From Enoplolaimus lenunculus (lineage: Eukaryota): a stretch of DNA of 64,000 nt. Both the position numbers and the translations under genes were made by a program. Positions 14,601 to 29,300 of the stretch are shown in pieces (within the stretch, counting starts at the first letter, position 1; every line of letters begins with the position of its first letter). The notes beneath the pieces are model-generated. The model was given only the letters and a program-made list of their open reading frames with translations, was not told where the DNA came from and ran no database searches. Location of the stretch: the NCBI GenBank assembly GCA_030248215.1, contig JASANG010001414.1, positions 372,001 through 436,000 of the forward strand, written 5' to 3'.

Positions 14601-15801
14601 ACATTCAGCGGGTTTTAAGTGTTCAAACGTCGGCATAAAACTAAAAGTTTGTAAGATGAGGTATTTCGAGACCTATGGTTTGAAGAATTTCCAAAATATT
14701 TCAACTACTTTTCTGTAAAAATCAAATGCAATAGTAAGTGGAGCAACGGGCCGATTACTCGGCGTGTTCTAGTGGACTTTATGTAATCTTGATGTTTGAT
14801 AACTGTTTATTGCTTAATGATTTGTGCGAAACGTAACAGGACGATTTAATTGTTCAAAACTGAAATCTTGAACCGGGTTGCGACAAATTGACGTGGAAAC
14901 AATTGTCCATACACGACAACTGCCCAAATAACGATTGGCAATATGACATTTGCTTAAATGCCACATTATAAAAATTATCAGAACAGCCCATGTTAATTAT
15001 AGGACCCTGTCTTTTGATCGACAGGGAAAGTGGTGGACGTGCCCGTAGCCGAAGGGGGGAGCAGTGGGACACAGCCTTTTTTATTGGCCCACTCTCTAAA
15101 AATTTTCAAACTTGCTTGTAAGTCATCGTAATCCCTTGTATTCCTCTCCTGAAAAATGGTTAGCCCCTAGCAAGGAGAGCTGGTACAGGCCTGGCGGTGG
15201 ACTTGTAATCGTTTGTTCAAAACAGTAGAATTTGTAAAATTTTTTTGCATATATATTTCAGCTTCTCATGACTTCACCTGATTATTAATATACCCAAATT
15301 TGGGTTTTTGAAAAATTTGACATTTTCGACCGGAAATATACTTTTGTCTAACAGATATATAATTTATGTATCCTTGCCTCGACGCACTTTACGAATTTAG
15401 AGCCGAACTGTAATAAATTTGCCGCGTCTGGACAATATGATTCGTGAGTTATAGTAAAATAACTGAAAAGATTCCTTGTTTTTACCCCGTCTTTATTGCC
15501 ACTTTTAGGGGCTGCTTGTTTGAAGTTTATGTGAGATTTCTATTTTTCAACAACAAATAAACACAAGATGAACTTCAACATTTCATTGATATCATTTTCA
15601 TTTTAGGTAACCGACGATTGGCGTTATGTTGGAATGGTTTTAGACCGATTTTTTCTGCTAATTTTCATCGGCATTACTTTTGGTGGCACAGTGGGCATTA
15701 TATTTAGCGCAAATGTATTCGCGATGTTCGATCAAGAAAAACGTATTCAATGGCTTCAAAATCACTATAATTGGACGTTTGTGGCTGGATCGTTGGAATA
15801 A
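5621..15801 (+). CDS. unc-29: Nicotinic acetylcholine receptor non-alpha subunit, UNC-29-like (545 aa, 9 exons)
   Basis: Exons 5621-5717, 6384-6529, 7594-7638, 8053-8162, 9304-9484, 10333-10900, 11885-12055, 13122-13246, 15607-15801; all GT-AG, phases match, total 1638 nt. Signal-peptide-like N-terminus, [17 protein letters not shown], Cys-loop [15 protein letters not shown], no vicinal CC in the short loop C (non-alpha), M1-M3, HHPKCP in the M3-M4 loop, [12 protein letters not shown] + M4. The symbol reflects the closest remembered family member; strict orthology versus lev-1/acr-2/acr-3 is untested. Confidence 0.9.
8228..8708. mobile_element. Two tandem copies of the piggyBac-type tRNA-core MITE (about 8228-8413 with an internal deletion; 8443-8708)
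   Basis: Both start after TTAA and share GAATAT..TTTCATATG.GATGCAC.TTCAAG.TAAGATTCG; the second retains A/B boxes. Confidence 0.7.
8831..9020 (-). mobile_element. TTAGGC-bearing MITE, full copy
   Basis: GGCCAATG...CATAGGCC ends, GCCTAA repeats, perfect 8-bp TSD ataatttc (8823-8830 / 9021-9028). Confidence 0.9.
10959..11132 (+). mobile_element. TTAGGC-bearing MITE, degenerate copy
   Basis: GGCACATGTACAGATCAGGGG left end, TTAGGAATATGCTTATACTACTGTT right subterminus, perfect TSD gtgtttct. Confidence 0.8.
11318..11380. repeat. (AAT)n microsatellite
   Basis: Direct reading of the sequence. Confidence 0.9.
12759..13075 (-). mobile_element. TTAGGC-bearing MITE, full copy with internal duplication
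   Basis: ATGTATAGAACAGGGCCGG ... CCGGCCCTGTTCTATACATGGGCC ends; TSD acgcaaag/acgcaagg (7/8). Confidence 0.9.
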
Positions 15802-16439
15802 GGCGGAGAATCTATTGTTTGACAGCTGAAATTGTACAAAAAACTGCAAGGGTGGATCAAGCAAAAAGTCGTGGAGGGTTTAGTGACGTGATAAAATTAT
15901 GTTGCTTACTACGTTGGGGTTCACGGACACCGAATGAATATTCACTGGATCCGCCCGTTTTAGCCAGTTATCTGACGGTTTCAAAAATTTTGTTTCGTGA
16001 TCTGTAGGCTCCAGGCCAGATTAAATTTTTTCGCAAATAATATATATAAATATATATAAATATAAATATATATACATATATATAAATATAAATATATATA
16101 TGTACATATCTAAATTTGTCTAATAGTATCTATGTTCAAACCTGGTATTTTTATTTGAAATTCAATACTTTAGTTTATGTTTGTTGTCGTTGTAAAATTT
16201 TGTCATTTCGTTGTAAAAAAAGTTTTAACAACAAAAAGATCTGTTCAACTTTCACCGTTTAGAAAAAATTTTTTGAATTAAATCACGTCATCGCGTAAAT
16301 CTTGCAGCTTAAATGAAACAAAAGTAACACGAGCCAAAAAGCATAAGCTCTCGAATTTCGGATAGATCTCGCCTAAGTCTTCTAAATTGGCTTCAGACAA
16401 CGTTTTACTTAGTGCAATATTTACGGTCCGCGTTTAGAA

Positions 16440-17906
16440 CCGTTTTTACACTTACAAATTTTTGCAGCAAAAAACTTGCACGTATAACTTGCATGTGCAA
16501 CTTTGATCACAAAGCAGCTTTCATGCTAGTGCAGTTGCGAAATATTCACTGGAATTCGTGCTACTAAATATATATCGCAAGTGTGCACTGCAAATTTCAG
16601 TGAGTTGATTTCAACTCAGAGTGAGTTAAATCAACTCAGTGCTCTGAGTTGATACAGGCCTAACTCAGAATGAGTTGAAAAATTAACTCAGGATTTTAAC
16701 TCATTTAACCAACTCAGACTGAGTTGATTTGAAACTCCAGATTGTGCACTGAATTGTTTAACCAACTCACGCTGAGTTGATAACCAACTTCGGATCTTTA
16801 TCGGAGTTGGTTAATCAATTCAGAATGAATTCGTTTAGAAATTCTGTGGTGTTGCATTCAGGTATTTAGCGTAGTATTCAGCTTATGACATTTTTTATTC
16901 CAAAGATTTATTGTAATGTCAAGAAATATGAGTCAAAACAAGTAAACAAAATAACAAACAACTGACACCATGGTGTAACCGGACATCCATTTCTTGTAAA
17001 AATCGGTGCCTGCTTCCATTATAGAAATTACGTAAATTTTGTATTTTTACGTTCAAAAATACTTATAAATTACGTATATATTACGCAATTTTTTGTTACA
17101 GATATGCTGCAATTGTTCGTACGTAATGTAATAACAGTTTGAAATTCATCCAAAATCTTAAAAACTTCGATGCATCCGCCATCCTTTCATTAAAATTTTA
17201 TGAAAACCCAATAAGCACGCGTCAATTGTGTTTGCAAAAAATATAACATTTACTGTAATTAACTCAGAAAAAATTAACTCGCTATCTGAGTTGATTGATC
17301 AACTCACTGGAATTTACAGTGAAAGCAATTGCAAGTCAGTTAAATTTTTTGCACTTGCATTTTCATTGGCCAATCGGAAGACATGTTGTTGAGCGCTTCT
17401 GAAATAGTTCAGACATTTTGAATTTATTTAAGAAGCTTGACTTAATTCAATTATCAAATAATATTTAGCAGTCTACGGCGATTGTGTCGGGGACTGTTTT
17501 TTATTTTTAAGCACTGAATAGTAATCGCATTGGTTTGAAAGCGTTTTCAAGTAAAGAAATTTCGAGTAAAGTCTTTTGGACGCGAAAATGATTGTTGCAG
17601 CTGAAACTTGCCGCTGCAAGTTTTTCCAAATATTCATTCGAAGAACTTGCAGCTGCAATTTATTCATGGTGAATATTCGCCAAGAATTTAATTCATAGGT
17701 TTGCATTGCAACTCGAAATATTAATGCACGATAATTTATAGCTTATGCGTGATATTTATCGCAGTCGTCTGCCAAATATTCACATAGATTTATGTCAAGA
17801 TTTATAATCAAGGTGATGTTTTCTTGTAAATACTTGCAGCTGCAAGAAACTAATGCAAGTTACTGCTGCAAATTCTTGCTGCAAAAACTTCTACGTGCGA
17901 ATAGGG
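16440..17906. mobile_element. Nested element stack: TGCA-rich TIR element containing a CACTG MITE (16586-17321) that is itself interrupted
   Basis: Outer inverted ends CACTTACAAATTTTTGCAGCAA / TTGCTGCAAAAACTTCTACGTG; a related short copy lies at about 53508-53605; inner CACTGCAAATTTC...GGAATTTACAGTG. Confidence 0.6.
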
Positions 17907-20900
17907 ATTAATAGTCGTACCCAGTGAAATAAGATTTTAACGTGCAGTGGACAACAAAAAATGCAAAAATTCACATTCATTTTGCATAATATGTAGAATA
18001 AATTTTTGAATATACTTGAAACTCGTCCATATCCGTTGTGCAGCTTTTGATAAATATTCTTAAAACGTTTGGGTGAAAGTCATAATTTCAAATAGGCTGT
18101 AATTAAAATTTTTTAGCTCTGCATTCATAGAAGAATCCAAATCTGTTTTAGTTTTAAATAACTCGTCTAGTAAACTGATAGTAAATGTAACAGAAACGGT
18201 TAGTGATCAAAACGACGGAAATGGAAAACAGATATCGAAGTATAAACGTTTAACCGTTGTTTTCTTTCGCCAAAGTGTATGACACTGAGCATTGTACAAA
18301 TTTATTGAACAAAGGTTCCATGCACCAGACTGACCAGTATTTACTTTGAGGGAAAACCATTTTTTCGTGTGAGTATAGTGGATTAAGCTTACTTAATCTT
18401 TAGACTAATTTTTTGGCTTGTTGTTAGACTTAGGCTTTGACTTTGGGACATGCTTATACTACTGTTACGCCTTTCAAACTAACATTGGCTAAATTTTTAA
18501 GATTTTTCCTAAATTTTGATATCTTTGTTTCAAATCGGCAACTTGAAAAATATCTGTTTGGAAAATCGAAATGATTATTAAGTAATTTACAAATAACAAC
18601 TAACGATAATTATAAATAAATATCCAAAATTTCGGTGCGTTCGTTACGAAACCGTAAACGCATAGCAATGTCTACTGGAAACGAACACGGATATCCGCTT
18701 GCACCCTGGTCCTGTATTCGCATACCTTACGCACAAATCTAATCCTCGTTTCGTTGCGAAGCTCTGTTAACGATAAATATTTTGCCCAAACTCTGCCTAA
18801 AACATGATTGATTATCTAATGAAAAAATTGTCTTTCTCTCAAGTGCGTAATGTCAAACGTGTTAACTGTTCTGCAATTTCTTGACTGTTTTTTACTGCAA
18901 TGTTTACATTTTAGTTGTTTTACTGCGTCTGAATTATTGCTAGTAACACACGGAGTACTTTGACTCCTAAGAAGCCTCATGCCTAGTTTGTTTAGCTAAA
19001 ATAGATTAATTTTTTATAGCAGGGCAGTGGTCCTTGTGCCCTGAAACCAACGAAAGGTGGTCCATGAGCTTGTCTAACGAAAAATTGGGCAGTTTCACAT
19101 GATATGGCATATTTCATGAGTACACGTCATACCGGTTAGTGGCGATAGTTTTGAATTGAGTTTTGAACGGATCTAAAGTTGTTCCTCGGGGTTTGGAAGG
19201 TTTAGCAACGGTTCTGGCTAGAGGTAAAGCAAAAAAAACTGAAAATTACCATTTTTTGTATTGAGTATAAAATGTGCTTAGAAATAGCATTTTGCAGGCA
19301 ACTTTTAAACAAATCAGTGGGTTTTAAGAGTAAGTTGTACCAAGAATGGATAATCACTCTTACAACAACATGCAGCTGGTCTATTAACCTGCGTATAAGA
19401 AAAGAATGCATCCAGCGCACGTTGCGTATTTGCCACCAACCATTCATTTATGGAAAGGCTACGAGCTTAGTTTATTGCAGTGCCACAGAAAAACGTTCCG
19501 TCCCTGATCTTTACGCAGGCCATGGATAGGCATACGTTGCATCAATGTCTTCAATTTGAGCTGAATTCGTTCTGATTAATATTTATATAGCATTCAATTA
19601 CACCATGTGCTTCAAAAGCCACTAGCTTGCCTTGAAAATGAGGCTTGTGGTAAAAACCGAAAGCGCGACGATGCCTTTAATAATAAGTGAACTTTTAATC
19701 TGGACTAATTACATAAGTAAATCTTGCCAAACGATAAATTATTTGTTGAAGAAGTATAAAAATCAACATAAATACGTTGTTAAATGCAGCTAATTTTTCG
19801 TTTTCAAAGCTGTAATTTTAATAGGACAGGATTGTTTCGTTGTCCCCAAGGGGCGGCAAGGGTCGGCTAGCCAAAAATTCCTAGTGGGATGACGTGCGAA
19901 AATATCTCTGTTATAGTGTTTCATATCACAACTCAAATTCCGAGAATCTTATGGCGGTAGAAAAAGCTAAATGATACAACATTATGTTATATTATAAACT
20001 ACGGCATATTTTAGTTGAACATATTTTAAATGTAAATGTTTGTATTAATTCATCCTTTTAATCGTTCATGCAGGATTTCTATATATAACAAACGAAAGCT
20101 TTTATGCTGTTGGAACCGTGGTGCAAGTCAGTTGTAGCGCGGCTTATTGCCTTCCGTCAAAACAACCGCACGCTGCTAAGCGTTGCTTTATTAATGTTGT
20201 GCGCTCGGATATCACTACCGCACTGTGCTGTGCGAGCAGTAGTTGACCCAGCGCCGCTGCGTGCGTTCGCAACTCGGAAGAACACAAATCCGTGCTACAA
20301 TTATATATTACGTGTATTGCGATCACACATTGTATAAACCCTTTTTTATTGCATGCCTTTTTAAGCAATCCGCTTACCGTTTGCCGCGGGGCAAATTTAA
20401 TATTTTAAGACTCAACGAAATTAAAAAATTTAACAATAAAATGATTGATAAGTTCACTGAAAAAACATATTTTGAAACTCTTTACAAGAGTAAATACAGA
20501 GAGGTTGAGTAAGTTATACTTGCATAATTATGCTATTTTTTTCTAAAAAAACGAGAAGTTTTACGTTTGTAAACAATATCACAAATCGCATTATTTCATG
20601 TAACCATGAGTGAATGATGCATACATTAACAAGAGGATGCAACTGAGTACATTTTGTGTAGAAAAGAACGTACTCGACACGCGTTGGGTTTTGCTCTACC
20701 CCCTTTATTTAGAGTTCGAGTACAACCGGTGCGACCCATGACACTTTGTGTATGCGGCGTCAAAAATGGTCCCATTATAGTTGAATTTAGTGGTATTCAT
20801 GTTATAGCAACCCCCTCTAAGCAAAGGGGGGTCAGCCAAAAACGCAACGCTCGGTGGTACGCATTGTACCATGCGGGACCCAAGAGTTGCACACTCTTAG

Positions 20901-23311
20901 CATGATCCACTCTTGATATACCCAATGGCAGATATAGAAATTTCTAACGGGACGATTTACGGAACCTACAACAGCGAAAAGAGTTCGCTAGCGAAGCAAT
21001 CAAGAAGCTAAGCGCAAGTATCGTAGTTTAGTTTGACTTTGAATTCTGTTCAAAGGCCGCTGTCCGAATGAGCCCGTTTGGGTCACACCCACTGCATATG
21101 GCAAAAATTTGCACTACACGAATACAACAAAACATTTTATTTGCAGCAAAGCATGCTAAGATGTTCACAACGAATATAATAACACCGTAAAAATTCAGGC
21201 TGAGGTATCTAAACCAGGGACGTTTTTTCAAACCGGTATATCTAATCTACTGCCTCGCATGGGCTAATATTATTTTGCTAATTTGAAAAAACACCGTTTT
21301 TTATGTTATTTCCCTTCAAAATAAAAGTCAAGCGTGCCCCTTGCTTATAGGTAGTCGTGTAGTGTTTCGTTTTCTTAAATTTTACCCATGTTAATATGTG
21401 AGTGTGTACTTTATTTGAAAATTCGACTTATGTTCACTGTGAAGGGCGTGCATACTATACCTTGGTTTAAACGTAAGTTTAAAACTAAACCTAAGCGTAA
21501 GCTTTTCCGGTCCTTGTCCCCACAATCACAATGTGAGCCGTGTCTTCCAAAGGGCGGACCCCTTTGAGTCATACGGACTAAAACTTACAAAACGCAACGC
21601 CCTACAAACGACGGCAATCAAACACTACACACAAAACAGTATTTCTGAATGTATTCATAAAAGTATTTTCTGTGTCAAATCTGAAAAGTTTTTCTGCTAT
21701 TGAAGACAATTTTTCTAAAAATAACTGGAAATCGTTTATTTCCAGACTATATTTCAAAACTTTTTTGAAAACTTCTGTTATAACAGAAGTACTTTTCAAG
21801 TGCACCTTGCTAATTATATTTCTTAAATGTAAGAAATTTTTTCTTAAATATCAGAAATTTTATTTTGAGTGTATAACGTACCGTTGAGTGAAATTAAGTT
21901 ATACTTATTCTAGCAAGTGTACGAAGTGAGGACACGGTATAACAATAGGTTTTTATTAAAATTGCCTAATGCAACTCCCGAACTCTATTAACAGTGCCAC
22001 TGTATTGGGTAGTCGTTGAACCAAAATTGTCAATAAGGGCTCTTTGTTATGAAGAGTACGAATATAGGCGTAGTTTTGAAGAATTCGCGAGCAAAGTGGG
22101 CGGAACGTTTAAACACAATTTTAAAACCGATATGCCCCAATGAAAAAAGATTTATGCGTTTTTGAAAGGGTGATTCGATCCGTTGGTTCCGCAGGTTCAA
22201 CGTTTGTTCGGTAAAATCCTGTATCGAATGAATCGAAAGTTAGACGTCGGTCACCGTCAGGTGTTGCTGGGTGCTACATTGTTTAGAGTATACGGGCATA
22301 GAAAAACAGTTATGTAAATAGCCTGGTTTGAAATTTATCCCACGACTCGAATAAGAAAAGGGATAATAAAGGGGGGTCACCATTTTGAGCCCAATCAATA
22401 GGAGTCCGTGTCTCTAGTCCGTAAAGCGGATAGAGCCTATAGACCCTATTTAGAGTCGATAAATGCCAATTGTCCCTAATTGCAGTGCATAAATGACTCT
22501 AGGGCCAAATAAAGTTGAGTTCCCAACTTTATAGCAAACTTAAGTTTTGAAAATACATTCCTAAGTATAACCGAGTATTATTGCTCAAGCTTTTGATACA
22601 AGACAAGTAAACGTTTAATTCAGCGGATAATTGCAGTACCGGATATATATCAGTAACGAAGGGCGGCGGAGCGTGGGTTAAAAATAAATAGTCTGTAACC
22701 GAATATCTGAGGAGGAGAAGGAGGGCACCCTTAGGAAAAGCCAAATGAATATTAGTCCCCCACTCTTATTCGGGCCGCTAATATATCTGTATATAGATAT
22801 ATGTATATAATATATCTATATATAATATATATTTATATATTGAAAAATGGCTTGGTGGTGTTATTTTCGTTAAGCAGACACTATGGCCCATATTCTCAAA
22901 TGCATATAGCACCCATTATCTGTTAGCGAAAGGTTTCAAACTGACGAACTCTTGCCAGTGTGGATTTTATATTTTACAGAAGTAACTCGGGCAAATCATT
23001 TGTAAAAAATGTCCTGACATACGAACCTCACCATTCGCTGGTTCGAAAGTTAAAGCTCATCACAAATACGGTAATAGATGCTACACATATATGATAATAC
23101 GGGACGATATTGTTATTTGTCTAATGTGATTCTTTAATTTTCACAAATTTTTTTAGATTTTTAAAATTTGCTGATGCTATTTGATCCGAAGCAATATACA
23201 AAACAATTAATGGCATTTTTGAAAACGTTTAGACAGAACAATAATTGAAACATATACAATATTCGTCCAAAGCACAAAACAAGCCAACATTAAGTTGATA
23301 ATCCGTCAAAA

Positions 23312-26300
23312 ATGAAATCAATTGTCAATGTTAGCGGTGGCAGATGCTCTATTCGCTCTCACGACCACGACAAACTGTCCCAGTGTTCCAGTTCTGGTTC
23401 TAAAATTCCACGCAAACGATTATGGCAAAAATTTCAAACCCGCAAGCCAGAAAACTGTACCACAGACCTGGAGTCAAACGATGCCATAGCAGAATGTGTC
23501 GGCTCTTCATCGTCCCTACGAGGGCCATCATCCGTTATAGACACTCCCTTGCCCATATACACCTCCCAGCATACCGTGGTATCAACTCCCGGCTCAGAAC
23601 GTTTTCTGAAGCGAGTTAGACGTTTTGGTCGCCGAAGTAATCCTGAACGGTTACGTTTAACTGAATGCAGTGTTCAACTTGAAAATGAAACTGCTCTGAG
23701 AGACTCCCAAGACCAACCGCCAATGATTTCTCGTCAATTTAGCCAATCCGAGTCGGATTTATTGCGCTGTTCGTCGGCAAATATGCCTGTAGAACATCGT
23801 ACGATGCAATCACCGCTGCTATATTGTTCAAGAAATAGCGACTCAAAGCATTTACCAGCGTATGTTAAACTTAATGTCGGCGGTCAACGCTTTATTCTAC
23901 TACGACAAAACCTACAAAAACATCCCAGTTCGCTGCTGGGACGACTTAGCACTCTACCTCATGAATTAATGGTATGCAAGTTTATGCAATAGTTTTTTTA
24001 ATTTTGCTTTAAAATTATACACAGAAAAAATTTCAAATAAATGTCAGCACACTACAACTTAGGCTTAGGCTTAGGCTTAGGCTTAGGCTTAGGCTTAGGC
24101 TTAGGCTTAGGCTTAGGCTTAGGCTTAGGCTTAGGCTTAGGCTTAGGCTTAGGCTTAGGTTTAGGGTTATGCTTAGGCTTAATTTTAAATTTTCTGCAGT
24201 GAAAAGTTTTGAATTTTAGACATTACTAGTCTTGAAAACCGAGACATTTGTGTTTTAACAAATTTTAACTTCAATCTGTTTTTTTTTAAATTCAAGAAAA
24301 TATTAATGTTGCCAACGATAAAGTTTTTTAAACTTCAAATTTCTGGAACTGAAGTTTCTGATTTTAATGTATGTAAACGAGTTGCTCCGCTTAAGTTTTG
24401 TGTATTCGGGTTCAACTGCGGGTTCCTTCAACTTATGCTTACGCCTTGGTCAAAGCTTAGGTTAAAAATTTATGGAGTCTGTTTGTGTTTCTTTGCTTGT
24501 AAAACTCTATACTTATGGGTTGGAAACATGAACAAAATCAAGCCTTACGTTTCAGAATTCAGATTTATTTGTCTGAAAAATTTGAAAAACTTATGATAGA
24601 ATTTCCAACTTTAGCTGACAAAAATTTAAGTCTTATAGTTCGGAAAAGTTTTAGAATTTAAAGTTTAGAAATTAAGACATTATAACAATATGTCGTTAGT
24701 TTCAGACAAAAGCCTGCGAAATTTCATTGCTTTGTTTCTAAATATAACAATTGGTTCTGTGTGTAGATTAATCGACTCCGGATCCGGTGACGTTGTTACT
24801 TCGAAGTTTACTTAAGCTTGACTACAACGAACTGCTGTGATCTTGGCCAAAATATTCGTGCATCATAGACGACGCACAATAAAGTATTTATCACTTCGTG
24901 GAAAAATTGCACCGCAAACCATAATATGTCGGTATTTTTAGGCCTATTCTACTATGCTAAACCACTTTTTACAAACCGTATATAGCTAGCTACAAATTGT
25001 CACATAAACAAAAAAATGCACCTACGAAAAAGAGTGGCGCTATACTTTTGATGACTTTCGGCGCCGTCCGTCATCATCCGGCGCCGTCCGTCATCATCCA
25101 TCATCGCACGTCACCGTGCGGTATTGTACGTGAATTACACGCACGATACTGTATGATGACGGACGGTGACGGACGGCGCCGTTCTGTGCTGTACAACAAG
25201 TATAGCGACACTGTAATGCAATATTTTTATTTTTCAGGTATTAGTCTGTGATGCGTACATTCAAGAAGACGACGAGTACTTTTTCGATCGCTCAAGCGTA
25301 TTGTTCGAGCTAATCGCGAATTACTATCGCACCGACTGTTTTCATGTTTCTGACTGGATTTCACGTGACTCACTGCGCCGAGAGTTAGACTACTGGCAAG
25401 TCAGAAATGTTGCAACGTACGAGCATCCGACAACGAATTATACCGAACTGGATACAAGCTTAATTGTTGAAGAATCTGATTTGGCGTTTGATCAAAGTGA
25501 CGCTGAAGACGAAAAAATTATAACCAACCGTTCATGCTCAGGTAGAATAGCGGCAGATATGCAACAGAAATAGTGGGAATATCTCAATTTCCTCGAAGAT
25601 TCAAAAGTATAAAGACTGACGTTGACCGGTTCTAGGACAACGTGCTAATTTCGAAGGTTATTCACGCCAGCTGTGTTTGCCCAAAATGGTTGGATTTTGT
25701 AAATTTTTTGTTTCTTTTTTGAAAAATTCAATTTTCACGGTGCCAAGGTTCCCCCTTGGAACCTAAAATTTTTTTGGCAAAAACATATAGAAAAATTATG
25801 TACTATTCGACGCAGTTTACAGAGTTGAGTCGAAAGATGATAAATTGTGCGCAACCAATCAGTTCTTTGACAATAACTCGTTAACCACACGTCTGATCGC
25901 GGAAATTTATCACCATTAAACTTAGCTCCGCAGGCTGCGTCTAATGTTATACAAAATGTGTGAAGCTGTTTGATCTTAAAAATCGAATTTTTCAAAAATA
26001 GGCTATGACAAGCTCAAATATGCAAAACTTTTCAAAATGTAACCATTTCTGGGCAAACGCATGATGGGGATGACAGAAAAGACCCCTAAATATTTAGTCT
26101 AGAAATTATGATGCCCCCATTAGCCAATTGGCGCGGTTCATTCGGCATGTTCGCTTTGGGGCTTGTCCAGTGGATTCAGCACAATGAGCTAGTCTATCAG
26201 TGTACCAGTTTCATAGCCTTGCAGTGGGCAGGTGCATTACGCACCACTACAAAGATACCAAATATGGATCCCCTGGAAACGACGTGAAAACTGGTTTATC

Positions 26301-29300
26301 CTATATGTCTCGATGGCTGATGTCAACGATACTGTGGTAATGGCGGTTTGCCGAATGATTCGAAAGTTATGACCCACGAAATTATAGTGCAAACACACAC
26401 TGATTCGATAAGAATCTATCCCTGACATATTCGTATAAAGGTTCGTAACTTTTGAACCAGGCACCCTGCAGCCCTAAAAATGGTACCGTTGAAATCAGCA
26501 CGTTATGGTCTATAAGATAAGTTACTTTTCATTAATTTCCTAAAAAAAGTCTTTTTTCAAATCTGTGGAAGCAGGCCTCTATAATTAACACGAGGCGTTT
26601 GTGTTGTGCTTTAGTAAGCTCTTCCTAATAGTTTGGGGGCTCGTACTGAAGTACAATTTTTGATTTTATTGCGTAAGAAGATATTTGTTTGACAACCAAC
26701 CTTCAACAAGTAATAAACCTTACACTGTAAATTCCAATTAGTTAATGAATCAGCTTAGACTGAAAGTTAGTTACTTTTGAGTTAATAAGAGTTAACTTTA
26801 ACTCACTTTGGTGTGAGCTGATTCTTACTCTGAGTTGAGTTGAGTCTGGTTGAGTTGATTAATTAAATCAGAATGAGCTGAATCAACTCAGAATTATGAG
26901 TTTTGATAGATAGTCCTAACATAGCCAGAGTGATCCAACTCGTTCTGAGTTAATATCAGCTCACTGGAATTTACAGTGCGGCAACGTTGGACCATGTAAA
27001 GATCAGGGGCGGAACGTTTTTCTGTCGGATTAGAAAAGAGTAATTTTAATGTTTAGACTGATTTTTTTACTTGGCTTAGGCTTACGCTTAGGCTTAGGTT
27101 TAGGAATATGCTCATTCTTACGCTTAGACTTAGGCTTAGGAATATGCTCATTCTTACGCCCAGACTTAGGGTTAGGCTTAGGTTTACAAACATGTTTGTA
27201 ATACTGTTCCGCCCCTGTTCTTTACGTTGGCTGCAACGTTTAAGACATGTTTTTAAATTTTTGTTGCAGGAAATTACTGGTCGGACTGCAGCTCATTCCA
27301 AGCACGGGTGTGGAAAGGTTTAGAAGAACCTTTGTCGTCAATTTCTGCAATAGTGAGTTGTTAGTAGCATAAGCCTATTCCTAAGCCTAATTCTTAATCA
27401 GAGCTTAAGCCTCAGCATAACAATGAGCTTATACTTAAGCCTATGCCTAAGCTTAAGCATAAGCAAAATATAGTCCAAAACTTAAGCTTGCTCTATTAAA
27501 GTCATACAGAAAAACGTTCCGCCCCTGATTTTTACATGGACCACGCTTTGTTAAACTAGAGTTTTTATGCTTCAAGCGCATCTGAAAGCAGGGTAGAGCA
27601 TCGGAAAATACCAACTGAAAAACGGTTTTTCCGGGTGTTTCCGTTTTTTTTCCGAAAAGGCGGAAAAACGGAAAAAATTCTCACTATAATCTCAATAAAT
27701 TGCCGCAAACAGTGACACAACATCGCCGAAAACGTGAAAAATTAGTTTCTCGCATGGTCCCGTCATCGCAAAGGCTGATTTACTAGGGAAAAATCTGTGG
27801 CGGATCCAAGAAACTCTAAAATGGGAGACCACACGAGACATAGTGCAAGCATTCGTGTTTGAAGCGAGCCGAAAACCAAATGCCATTTTAGTGCTAAACC
27901 TTTAAATACAATTTTTTTGGGTTTCCCATATTGGATCCGCCAATAGGCGGAATAGGTTCTGATATTTTTACGGGGATATTCACGGAAATCTTACATTGTA
28001 CACAGCTTGATTACAAGGTATAGTGACACAAACTACTACCGTTTGTTTAGATTTCAACAGTACAAACTTTTTTAGATTGGTATGGGTCCGGAAGGTTGAA
28101 TGGATTCTTAGTTCCTGTGAGCGCTATTCCAAATATTTGTGCTAATGATAACCAACGCTAAACGCTTACATAAATACACCGAATCGACGCAATTTTTGGT
28201 TTGCCAGCAAAGCAGAGATTGATCACCTCCCGTTATCACAGCTTCTACCTGTGTTTACCATAATTAGAAATATTTCTATCTGTAACCGTTCATACTACAG
28301 ACAACGAAACCGAAATAATGAAATACCAGCAATGAAAACGAAATAATTTTATAAACCAGCAATTCCATCTAAGTTTTGAAAAAAATTCAATTTAGCAAAG
28401 CAAGATCTCTTAAACGTATTAAAGCTGCAAGTTCTCGCTAGCAACATCACGTCGCAATGCAATTTTAAATGCTCTTTTATTTCAGATATTTTCATGCGTT
28501 TCGTACATGTTTATATTCGCTACGGTTGTTCTGCTTGTAATGGGTTCACTGCCTCAATTTCAAGTGTCGTATGATTACGCAATGGCGAACAGTTATTTTT
28601 CGTCATGCTCACAGTGCGCTGCGATCAACGAAACCGATATGCTTTGGAGGAATTCAACCGAAGTAGCGAATGGTTACGAAGATGACGCGTCTGAGGTTTG
28701 CCAAATACCGCAGCCAGTTTAACGTATTTGAGAGACTAGAAATTGTAGTTCAGATCATGCTAACATTTTGCATATTTTGCACGTAAATGCGAAGTAAGTG
28801 TGTCGCTATACTTGTCGTGCGGTGCCGACGTCCCGACGTCGTGCCTCACCGTGCAGTATCGCACGTAATTTGTGACGCACAGGCAACGGACGGCACTGGA
28901 CGGCGCACATCATTGTCCGGCGCCACATGACAAGTATAGCACGACCTTAAAGCGTTCCCAACAAAACAACCCGATTTCCGCGGTCGTCTAAAACCGCATT
29001 GCCGGTGGCTGTGGGTTTTCTAGGAGTCTGAAGTAACTTAGGTTTGGACACCTGGAACTACTCATAAGCGACGCTAATTTTGCTACTGACGACACGTTTG
29101 AGATGTGTTTGCAGTCAGTTGTTTGATGTAAGACAACCATACCTTGAAACATTAGAATTATGCTTTATGCAGTAATCATAACATTAATGACCTGCTACTG
29201 ACAAATTAAAGTAAAGATTTTCGAAATTGATATTCACAGAAATGCGCGAAACTAAAAAGCGACCATTTTTGCTGACCTGAGGAACGCGAGAGCGGGTGCC

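Noticed and set aside
15802..23311. Operon linking the nAChR and Kv genes
   Set aside because: The 7.5-kb repeat-filled gap is far longer than typical nematode intercistronic distances, and there is no supporting signal.
24058..24180. True chromosome end
   Set aside because: The array is short and lies inside an intron of an intact gene with unique sequence on both sides.
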